The notes under the pieces were generated by a model. It was not told the origin of the DNA, did not search any database, and saw only the letters and a list, made by a program, of their open reading frames with translations. From IMG/VR virus record IMGVR_UViG_3300014775_001776, positions 32,001-96,000 of that record: 64,000 bases of DNA. One strand, 5' to 3'. The first letter of the stretch is position 1, and every line of letters begins with the position of its first letter. Below are positions 39,601 through 47,830 of the stretch, piece by piece. The stretch is from a virus. The position numbers and the translations under genes were made by a program.

Positions 39601-41225
39601 TTGAAAAAGCGAGGTGTGAAAACGAACTTACAATAGGTACAGTGGTTAGTGGAAATACTTATTTGTCTTATACCCAAGCAGGTGATAGTTTAAGATATCC
39701 GTATGTCAATAACCAACCGGTCACACAAAATGAAAAATTTTATGAAGTAATTTCTCTGGATGATGCAGTGACATCAAAATACTTTGATTATTACAGTAGA
39801 ATGATTACAAAACAACCAAGTTATTCTGGTACTTCTTTATTTGGATTTGATAATCCTAATATACCAGAGGGTGAAATTAATTACTCTTTTGATACTGTAG
39901 AGTATGGTGATGGTGAGGAAATAATACCATTTACAGGAACTATCAGAGTTTTAGTTTTAATTTATGTATGGGATGATGATGAAGTTATGAATCAAGATGG
40001 AAGGCCTGAATCTACAGGCGATTTTGTTTGTGCAATTTCTGAAGAAAGGTTAAATGAAGAGATAGATCTAGGATTCAATTTTGAATTTAATTATGAGATA
40101 ATTAATTCAAGTCATGAGTGGTATCTATCGTTACAAAGTCCTTCAGATCCTACAGTTGGTATTGGTATAGATCATTTCCAAGGATGGTGGTATGAAAATT
40201 ATGGAAGTGTTTATGATTATAATCAATATCACTATTGTACGTTACTACAAAAGCATGGACCAAATACGGGTAATATAGGTGGTACTTTATTGAGAATGAG
40301 TACTTTTACTTCTCCAACACCAGGATCTATCATGGGTATATATTTACATGAATTCGGACATGTGTTAGGATTAAGACATTCTTTTGATAATGTTTGGGGT
40401 GATGTATTTCCCGAATTAGGTACACCATATTTAGATCCAGGTAGAAGAGAGATTGCTAGTATAATAGGATATGAATGTTGTAAAGGAGGAAATCAAATTC
40501 TACCTTACTATAATGAGTTTATAGACGACGATGTAAATAGTAAAAAAATCAGTATCATGTCTTATGGTGGAATGACCAATGAAGGGTATAATGCACCAAA
40601 AGACGCACAAAATGTACTAGACGTCAAAATATTATTTGATAAGCCTACTAACGAGACTTATACAAATATAACACCAAAGTCTAATGTTACATATTATGAT
40701 TTTATATCTATTGGTGATGAAATAACTTCGAAAGTTATTACTGGATTGACAATAACTTATACGGCTCCTGAAAGTAATGATGAATTAGAGAATCAAATTA
40801 GACTTGTCAATACTGCAAACACATTGAACCAAATCGTATTAGATCGTGAAACTACTACAACATCAGGTAATTATGAAAAAACATTTAATCAAGAAGAAAT
40901 ACAAGGAATATACTTAAGTGGTGACCCACTTTCCTTGGGATTAGAAATTACAAGATTCGATGTGTCAACAAATAATAATGTAGGAGACTTTGATTTCCAG
41001 TGGAAAATTTATAGAGGAGAACTCAAGATTACTTTTAAAGACGATCAAGGTACGGAATATGATAGATTACCTAAAAATTGTTTTACGATTGCGCCGGATT
41101 CTTCTATAATACATAATTATGTAGATGCTTCGATATTCCAATTAGAAATTTTTACATCGTATGAAAGAGAGATTATCAAAAATAACATAAACAATAGAAT
41201 GCAAACTTATTTAAATCTATCATGA
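36693..41225 (+). CDS. Tandem metzincin zinc-metalloprotease protein, 1510 aa, with two catalytic domains (M12B reprolysin-like / M43 pappalysin-like)
   Basis: HELGHNLGLDH (37590-37622) with Met-turn AAMSY; HEFGHVLGLRH (40347-40379) with Met-turn SIMSY. Confidence 0.85.
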   Translation: MEKTNYIYLSGISSNQVYAIWALAFKYPGTDIVTTDSEFIGKEGQYIRAEIYLDDLPYGTYSNNGYKTPIYASGATNNLAPAGESIFLIITEEEYNNNKWSQWANFGKSAFARVYDYINPYGNEIIHELDYISETFAFDNIKSFDEPRIIRHLYEIDKVVFNFFDSYNECLSTFTNIGERCKEFIENSFTGYTYEYVININEDEFVFSDGENYYNGAGSSSSENYWYALESKYRPTGGIYNTTGCHFAIIITKLPNDVFYGIAKQFHYLTAFNYTDQIANSYPKLDTDNMEIFAQKLIVHELGHNLGLDHTFSDIQAEWKTLYPDLHLNALDNLRRFELNPPFSEPYYDDGNSYIAYSGEAPGKSAAMSYDLDPSHGYGCPLNPNVLLDVNYDQFSGVTRYRDYPINENKINTLFLNQGRTDDFTSSKNGLTYYSGNNLNLFSYMVDGEFVEGEITGMTLNFTATTAVQRLKQPFWENPATSEFNDDLSWTDLMSYTMYFTKNNTLQKYPIYAKTSSTDSPENSTGITTNISVPLTGTVWNIISLGFLDYTDLSTNGIFIEYFSGAYSYSGTPSGTTIIPNGSNVVLELDDLNLQIHTTGGTFTRKARGYDSRFTGHTLSTKIYEEGSKIQRIGIGPPVNDRFVSYERDAAIYMLKKYDRFFALSQPASNETIKVEQIFYYLFDDIGKPTLAKIDITKDNIQSTYDISDLRIQNTEIINILFAVVESQTYLFLLQKESNEKFYLTKHLVLDYLNLNLVNESVKTTTINLDSYNGTFTLLRMSLYDDSNIIISTDYYFNSPSFLVNVVGSTNTTVDFDLDSQLPYGSGGITSSIRANLSGTTYYHQYWRSGTNKRIYQNHETFYNGNVFAYDIDHPLESSEEVLRIFYYSWDDNENKINVITDQGRVISLDGNNYTGGTYTITGTSILRQFDDHQIISISNLQNFSNTYDITFDLEQYYLRGLNSDIVYVIEKARCENELTIGTVVSGNTYLSYTQAGDSLRYPYVNNQPVTQNEKFYEVISLDDAVTSKYFDYYSRMITKQPSYSGTSLFGFDNPNIPEGEINYSFDTVEYGDGEEIIPFTGTIRVLVLIYVWDDDEVMNQDGRPESTGDFVCAISEERLNEEIDLGFNFEFNYEIINSSHEWYLSLQSPSDPTVGIGIDHFQGWWYENYGSVYDYNQYHYCTLLQKHGPNTGNIGGTLLRMSTFTSPTPGSIMGIYLHEFGHVLGLRHSFDNVWGDVFPELGTPYLDPGRREIASIIGYECCKGGNQILPYYNEFIDDDVNSKKISIMSYGGMTNEGYNAPKDAQNVLDVKILFDKPTNETYTNITPKSNVTYYDFISIGDEITSKVITGLTITYTAPESNDELENQIRLVNTANTLNQIVLDRETTTTSGNYEKTFNQEEIQGIYLSGDPLSLGLEITRFDVSTNNNVGDFDFQWKIYRGELKITFKDDQGTEYDRLPKNCFTIAPDSSIIHNYVDASIFQLEIFTSYEREIIKNNINNRMQTYLNLS

Positions 41226-41560
41226 TACAAATAATAACAACTGTTGATGAAAACAACCCAGAAATAACTCATGGACGTGGAATTTATGATGTAGTTTCGG
41301 ATGGTCCAGGTACATTTAATTATAATGGAAAGATTACAAAAGCCACATTTAGAAACAAAACAAAAAATGGTAGAAATTTTGTTTTGGTGACGAATTTTGA
41401 TGGGTATGACGCATTCATTATTGACTCAGGTAATAATTTCTATGGAGAATTGAAAGGATTATTCTATTATTCAAAGTATGGTGTGTCTGTTCCAAGTTTT
41501 AACAACCCTGAGAGTAAAAATCCTGGAGAAATAAATTGTCAAAATTTATTCGATAATTAA
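41222..41560 (+). CDS. Hypothetical protein, 112 aa, single Cys near the C-terminus
   Basis: ATGA-coupled to the metalloprotease gene; ends PGEINCQNLFDN. Confidence 0.7.
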   Translation: MIQIITTVDENNPEITHGRGIYDVVSDGPGTFNYNGKITKATFRNKTKNGRNFVLVTNFDGYDAFIIDSGNNFYGELKGLFYYSKYGVSVPSFNNPESKNPGEINCQNLFDN

Positions 41561-41571
41561 TTTTAAAATGA

Positions 41572-41578
41572 TATTTAT
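41572..41578 (+). promoter_or_regulatory. TATTTAT putative late promoter
   Basis: 5 nt before ATG 41584. Confidence 0.65.
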
Positions 41579-41583
41579 ACAAA

Positions 41584-41901
41584 ATGGTAATTATAGAAAA
41601 AAATAATAATACTATAAAGTTCGAGGTAACGCAAGATTCGAACGTAGTCAAATTGAATAATATGATTTATAATGGTAACAGTTTAAAATATAAATCATTA
41701 AGTCAGGCGGGAAAAACTATCGAAAGATATGAAATAAATTCTTTAAAATTTAATATTATCGAAGGTGAAGTCTTCGGAAAAACCTCAGACAAAAAAAACT
41801 TCAGTGGTAGAATTAATGAAGTTCTAGAGCTTAAACCACAAAAAGTTCTCCAAGATCTAGGACCTGAATATCAACAGATAAAATTTTGTGGTCACGAGTA
41901 A
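41584..41901 (+). CDS. Hypothetical protein, 105 aa, single Cys near the C-terminus
   Basis: Own TATTTAT element; ends IKFCGHE; stop is 3 nt before the next giant gene. Confidence 0.7.
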   Translation: MVIIEKNNNTIKFEVTQDSNVVKLNNMIYNGNSLKYKSLSQAGKTIERYEINSLKFNIIEGEVFGKTSDKKNFSGRINEVLELKPQKVLQDLGPEYQQIKFCGHE

Positions 41902-41904
41902 AAA

Positions 41905-44900
41905 ATGGCTAATGTAATAATAAGATTGACTATAGGGTCTAATGCTAGAGGTCCATTTAATGTGTATTCAGGATCAACAAGTGATACTCCATTAATAAGT
42001 GGTGCATCTAGATTTGATTTACAAAAAGGTCAGGTAGTTGATTTACCAGGTTCAGTAAACGGTACTGAATATATTATTACAGTTGTTGATACTTTTAGTG
42101 AAGAGTATTCAGAATATGTAGAAAAGAAAATAGTCGTATACGATGATGATGATGAGGAGCAAAGATTGATAAGATCTAATCCTGAGATGACACCAACACC
42201 ATCTGCCTTAAGTGATTATGATTTATATCTTTATAGAAAATGTAATTCGGATAATATAGATGTTGAATACAAGTTTTTGAATATCAAAAGAATCTTTGGT
42301 AATACTGATTTTTTGATGTTTGAAAATGAATGTTATGAAAAAGAGGTAGGACCATTAAACGCTAGTCACAAACATCCATATATCGAAAACAATTTTTACA
42401 ATTCATGTAATGAGTGTTATATCGAAAGAACTAAAGAATTCAATGAAAAAAGTATTGCCCCACCACCGACATATTATGCGGTTAAGGCGGTAAAATGTTG
42501 TGATGAAGGACATTCTGGACAAGCTGAATTGTACTACTTTAATGTAAATTTTTCTTTTTTCCTTTCAAATCCATTTATTTCGCCTAGTCCTAGTAACTTT
42601 ACAAATTACGTATTTAATTATGGTGGTGAATGTTATAGAATTTTACAGGCGTATAATTTTGCATTTGCTTTTATGCCTAATATTACCGGTAATTTTTTCA
42701 AAAAATGTTCAGATTGTATTGGACGAAATGGATGTCCCACCGCCTATTTAGCAATCTCCTGTGACGAGAGTTTAAATCTTCAAATGATAGTACAGATAGG
42801 TGAGGATATATTAGATTTTGTCCCAGGATCTAATCCACCTCAACTATCTAGTCAAAACGTCTATATATACGAAGGAATATGTTATCAGATAATTGAGCCA
42901 GTTAATCAGGCCCCAACATCACAAAATATTGATGTGTCAGATTTGTATGTTCCAGGTATAAAATGTAGCGTATGTGAGGAACCAGTATTATGGTCGTATA
43001 TTTTGAAAAAATGTTGTGGAACTTACAGTGATCCTAATGTATATTTTATTTCATCAACCCAAGACCATTATGTTGGTGAGGCAATTTATTGGAATGGAGA
43101 CTGTTATAAAATAATTGATGTATTCGAAGAGGACTTAGGTTACGAATGGGGTGGGAATCAATTCTTTAATGATTGTGATGAGTGTTATGAAGAGTCCCCG
43201 GCTCATATTTGCCCAACTCCAACACAAACAGTCACGCCGTCAACCACAATGACAACACCGACTCCTACCACTACACCAACTTATACCCCTACTAATTCAT
43301 TGACTGCCTCAATAACCCCAACACCCACAAAAATTAAATTTAAGGTAAGAATAAAAAAATGTTGTGCAACATATAATGATGTACAACAATATATTGAGTT
43401 AAGTTATGGTTTAGGAACATTAGTTCCTGCTGCGGGGCATGTAATACCATATCTAGGTACTTGTTGGAGAATAGTGCAAATTAACACTGGTTCTGGTCCA
43501 GAAGTTTTTGTACCTCCTATATTAGTTTATGTAAATGATGATCCGGATACTGCTTGTACTGAGTGTATTGCCCAGGGTAGTTACAGTTGTGATTCATTAT
43601 ATTTTACTGGTTGTACAACAGGTCAATTATATAGAATTAATGGTACTGGTGGTAATGCTGATTATATTCCTGGTCAAACATACTATTTTCCAGCGGCACC
43701 ACCATTCAATATAGAGTTAACCTATGGAACTGATTATTGTTTTACAAATGTTATTCAAACAAATACACCTCCAAGTAATTCATATATTACATTAACTTAT
43801 CTTGGTTATCCACAATATCCTGAGATTGTTAATTGTGAAGACGAACAATGCGTATATATCCCACCAACCCCCACACCTACTGTGACAATTACACCTACAC
43901 AAATTATAATGTATATAAAATTAAGAAGATGTTGTGGTGGTACGTATGAATTTTGGAGAAGAGTATATTTACCTAACAATTATGAAGTTGGTGATGTAAT
44001 AAGAATGCAAAATAACATCAATTGTTTTCAAATAATTCAAACTTCATTATCTCAACCCTCTGGTAACCTTCCTGAATTTGCTAATATACAATTTCATTAT
44101 TCAGATGGTGATGTATTAGAAAATTGTGCAGAATGTGTTTGTGATGCTGACCCTGATTGTAACAACCCAGATCTTGCTTGTACACCTCCAGTAACTGAAA
44201 CTCCTGCAGTTACTCCTTCGATAACGCCAAGTCCATCAAGACAAAAGGCTATAACTGTTCCTTGTTGTGAAGTTGATGAAGATTTGTATCCTAATGCCAT
44301 CTCAATCGTCCAATTTTATGTACCACTTGATGCTGAAATAGGTGATGTAATATATTATGAGCTTTATCCAGTACAAGCACAAATGATAGGTACCTGTTTT
44401 AGAATAATTGAGTTGTTACCTATGACAGAACAATATCCAGGGTATCCATATACACCAACAAATAATACAATAATTCCTCAATATAGTAGTGGTGTTCACG
44501 CCTGTCAAAATTGTATAAATGAACACCCATGTCCAATAGAACCATCTGCTACACCAACACCAACGGGAACACCAGTACAAACCCCAACACCTTCCGAAGT
44601 TTCAGTTGTATTACCGCCTACAGGCGGAGTTAGTGGTAATCCACAATGTCCTATACAGCCATGCTTAACATTCGATCAAAATTTACCTAGAATCGAGGAT
44701 GTAGCATTAGGTAGAGCATGTTGTTCATTTTCAGAAAGAAGACTTAGGATAATGTATTTAATAGATGTTCCTAATACTATTAATGTCCCCGGACCAAACG
44801 GTGTAATTCCTGATCAAGAAAAGACATATTTCAAAAATATGATGACATCAAATGAATGGTCAACATTATTAAATTTTATAGGAACTAATTACACATATCT

Positions 44901-47787
44901 TTGGGATCCTACTATACCGAGTAATCCTTGGTCTAACCAAACAGATGGTTATGGATATGCTCAAGTAGCTTCTTTACCATTTATTCCTGTGTACGATCCG
45001 CAGGATGTGACATATCAAGAATCTGTTGATAGAGTTGCATATGCCCCACAATATAATTCTTGGATTTACTTTTTAACTCCAGTAACTCAACAAAGTGGAG
45101 CATTTTTTAGTTTAGTATCACAGGAGGCACTTAGTCCTGATTATGGATTCGGCCCTGTAAATGCTGAAACACATACAACTGCTCTTGATACAATTCTTAA
45201 AGAAAGATATGGGAATAATTTACCTGCAGGATTATTAAAAATAATTGGTACATTAAACTCAGTAAAAAATTTAGAAAATTGGAAGTTAGGAGGTGATCAA
45301 GATGAAGGTACATATGATGGTTTAGGAAATCAAACTGAACATATACTTTCATATCCTTTGGTTGTGGATGATCTTGAATTCCCCTGTGAAAATAGCTATT
45401 GGGGAATAGATGAAAATCAGTTTAATCCTAGAATAGCTAAAAAAATTGTGTTATTTATTCTAGATCCAAATTCTTATAATGGTAATGCATTAACTTGGGG
45501 ACCAAACACACACTTGACAGATGAGGATGGTGTTTTTGTTGGAACAAATAAAGTTAATGACCCGTTATTTACGTGGTTCCAAACTAGATTTATTGTTGAA
45601 GGTATGCAATCACCATTTGCAGGTAAATTAGGAAATGCTCTTGATCCTGCATTAGGAATCGAAGATCCTAATGATCTTCCTGATGATCCTACTTCTAGTG
45701 TAGTTTACCATACTGAAATAATTGCGGTAGGAATTGGGGAGGGTGCAGAATGGGAACATCTCGAAGATCTAGCGTCGTACCCAGACTATGTTCATAAGGT
45801 ATCGGATATTGGACAATTAAACGATTTAACATTTGCTGAAAATTTAAACTGTCAAATCAAACAAAATCTTTGTGATCGAGATAGATTTGGATTTTTGTGG
45901 CTTAGTGGATTAACTACTGGATTTATTTATGAATTTAATCCAGAAACAAATTTTTATAATTATTATACCAATACAATTCAAGAAGGTCCACTAGGATATT
46001 TCACTATAGGTGACATAGTATCAGGTAAAACATATGTGAAAAATTACGGAAATCCACCAGGATTGGATCTAACTGTTTGTGGTGACATGAGAAAGAATAG
46101 ACATTTTGCAGTCACACAAGATGGTGAACTAATTGAAAATTGGGAGACTAAATATAGAGTAGTTTCGTATAAAGAGGTATATGAAACTGGAAAGTTCAAT
46201 TATCATGATTGGTGGAGAACGCAACCAATTCATAAATTACTTACTTGTTCATCGGTCGATGCGTCTAGTGAGTCTAGTTCAACATATTTAAAGATTGATT
46301 ATTTCTTTAATAAATTATATGAATACGGTTATGACTGTGAGACACCTGGATGTAAGTATGATATAAATCCCCCTACATTACCAATACCTGCGGGTGCTGA
46401 TGAACCAGAAGAATATCAATCATTTAGTGGTACCCTTAAAGTTAGAATTGACGTTGCTCAAGACGTAATAGAATTGGCTAATGAAAGTGGAATAAATATA
46501 TTATCACAGGCTATAGATTGTGGTGAACTATTAAAAGAAGTTATAGAAAATACTCCTGAATGTAATTTCGATGTAGAATATGAAGTTATACTCCATACGA
46601 CTAATGATTTAAATGGTTTAGATAGATTTGATTATGAATGTTGGTTAAAAGAAACCACTGAAACACCAACAAGTTCTGGTAGTATTATAGACACTGGATT
46701 CCATAAAGGTTGTATATTTACGACACATTCGCCAAATCCAGGTACAGTGGGAATTGCTACATTACCTGGTTTTGTTTGTCAAATGTGTTGTACATCTCAA
46801 TTTATATTAGAATTAGATATTTTTGAATCGGCATTTGTACACGAAATGGGACACACATTTGGGTTACACCATACATTTATTTGTGATAGATGGCAAAAGG
46901 AATATCCGGAATTAGAAAAAGAAACTTTAGATAATGTATTACCCTTCAACACTTTTAGTGAATGTTTAGAGTGCGGTGATTACCAACCATATTTTGAGGA
47001 GACTAATGGTAAAGCAGCAATTATGTCTTATTTTGGATATAGGGTTGATATGTGTGGATCGGTGAGAAATACTTTTGGACCTTTAGATGATGATTATGTA
47101 CCTGATTTGGGTTATAAATATGTAGTATCTACACCTGCAGGTAATGCGAATATAAATGACTTTATATTTGATCCATTTAGAACCCAAAACTATGTAAATA
47201 TAGTTGGATTAGATAAGAAGGCTAATATAACATACAATAAATTTGTACTAGACAACGAGTTCGAATTTGGAAATCCTCAAATCCAGAGTATACAAATCAA
47301 TTTCAAGATTATAGGTAATTCAAATGGGATGGGAAATGATTTTACAAATCTTACAGCAAAAATCATTAATTCTTCAGGTGGTGTCTATCAATTCTACAGT
47401 AAAGGTATAAACGCACTTGCTAGTGGAGTTATAAATAATGTAACATATACTATTTCATCAACAGCAAATCCTTATTTATATTTATTTGACTACTCAAATC
47501 AAGAGGGTTTTGGTGTTAGATTCGAGCATGAATTCCTAGATGAATCCCAAAATAATTGGACTTTCATAATTCGTGATTTGAATATGACATTCAATTTTAG
47601 TAATGGTACTAGTCTCAATAAAAAAGCAAAAGATTATTATAACATACTTCAAGATTCAACAGGATCTTACCAAATGAAAGCAACTGATACTGAAATGTAC
47701 GTTGCACAAAGATTTACATCATATGAAGGGAAAATAATTCAATTCTACATGGATATGAATAAAAATTACTTCGATTATTTAAATTAA
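41905..47787 (+). CDS. Giant putative virion appendage protein, 1960 aa: shared N-terminal domain, about 8 Cys-rich modules with Thr/Pro linkers, degenerate vWA, C-terminal metzincin protease
   Basis: HEMGHTFGLHH (46840-46872) with AAIMSY Met-turn; IIAVGIG...LEDLASYPDYV vWA C-terminal pattern; N-terminus homologous to the 47831 protein. Confidence 0.8.
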   Translation: MANVIIRLTIGSNARGPFNVYSGSTSDTPLISGASRFDLQKGQVVDLPGSVNGTEYIITVVDTFSEEYSEYVEKKIVVYDDDDEEQRLIRSNPEMTPTPSALSDYDLYLYRKCNSDNIDVEYKFLNIKRIFGNTDFLMFENECYEKEVGPLNASHKHPYIENNFYNSCNECYIERTKEFNEKSIAPPPTYYAVKAVKCCDEGHSGQAELYYFNVNFSFFLSNPFISPSPSNFTNYVFNYGGECYRILQAYNFAFAFMPNITGNFFKKCSDCIGRNGCPTAYLAISCDESLNLQMIVQIGEDILDFVPGSNPPQLSSQNVYIYEGICYQIIEPVNQAPTSQNIDVSDLYVPGIKCSVCEEPVLWSYILKKCCGTYSDPNVYFISSTQDHYVGEAIYWNGDCYKIIDVFEEDLGYEWGGNQFFNDCDECYEESPAHICPTPTQTVTPSTTMTTPTPTTTPTYTPTNSLTASITPTPTKIKFKVRIKKCCATYNDVQQYIELSYGLGTLVPAAGHVIPYLGTCWRIVQINTGSGPEVFVPPILVYVNDDPDTACTECIAQGSYSCDSLYFTGCTTGQLYRINGTGGNADYIPGQTYYFPAAPPFNIELTYGTDYCFTNVIQTNTPPSNSYITLTYLGYPQYPEIVNCEDEQCVYIPPTPTPTVTITPTQIIMYIKLRRCCGGTYEFWRRVYLPNNYEVGDVIRMQNNINCFQIIQTSLSQPSGNLPEFANIQFHYSDGDVLENCAECVCDADPDCNNPDLACTPPVTETPAVTPSITPSPSRQKAITVPCCEVDEDLYPNAISIVQFYVPLDAEIGDVIYYELYPVQAQMIGTCFRIIELLPMTEQYPGYPYTPTNNTIIPQYSSGVHACQNCINEHPCPIEPSATPTPTGTPVQTPTPSEVSVVLPPTGGVSGNPQCPIQPCLTFDQNLPRIEDVALGRACCSFSERRLRIMYLIDVPNTINVPGPNGVIPDQEKTYFKNMMTSNEWSTLLNFIGTNYTYLWDPTIPSNPWSNQTDGYGYAQVASLPFIPVYDPQDVTYQESVDRVAYAPQYNSWIYFLTPVTQQSGAFFSLVSQEALSPDYGFGPVNAETHTTALDTILKERYGNNLPAGLLKIIGTLNSVKNLENWKLGGDQDEGTYDGLGNQTEHILSYPLVVDDLEFPCENSYWGIDENQFNPRIAKKIVLFILDPNSYNGNALTWGPNTHLTDEDGVFVGTNKVNDPLFTWFQTRFIVEGMQSPFAGKLGNALDPALGIEDPNDLPDDPTSSVVYHTEIIAVGIGEGAEWEHLEDLASYPDYVHKVSDIGQLNDLTFAENLNCQIKQNLCDRDRFGFLWLSGLTTGFIYEFNPETNFYNYYTNTIQEGPLGYFTIGDIVSGKTYVKNYGNPPGLDLTVCGDMRKNRHFAVTQDGELIENWETKYRVVSYKEVYETGKFNYHDWWRTQPIHKLLTCSSVDASSESSSTYLKIDYFFNKLYEYGYDCETPGCKYDINPPTLPIPAGADEPEEYQSFSGTLKVRIDVAQDVIELANESGINILSQAIDCGELLKEVIENTPECNFDVEYEVILHTTNDLNGLDRFDYECWLKETTETPTSSGSIIDTGFHKGCIFTTHSPNPGTVGIATLPGFVCQMCCTSQFILELDIFESAFVHEMGHTFGLHHTFICDRWQKEYPELEKETLDNVLPFNTFSECLECGDYQPYFEETNGKAAIMSYFGYRVDMCGSVRNTFGPLDDDYVPDLGYKYVVSTPAGNANINDFIFDPFRTQNYVNIVGLDKKANITYNKFVLDNEFEFGNPQIQSIQINFKIIGNSNGMGNDFTNLTAKIINSSGGVYQFYSKGINALASGVINNVTYTISSTANPYLYLFDYSNQEGFGVRFEHEFLDESQNNWTFIIRDLNMTFNFSNGTSLNKKAKDYYNILQDSTGSYQMKATDTEMYVAQRFTSYEGKIIQFYMDMNKNYFDYLN

Positions 47788-47818
47788 AAAAAAAATAAAT
47801 AACATTCTACTTTAGTAA

Positions 47819-47825
47819 TATTTAT
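47819..47825 (+). promoter_or_regulatory. TATTTAT putative late promoter
   Basis: 5 nt before ATG 47831. Confidence 0.65.
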
Positions 47826-47830
47826 ATTTG

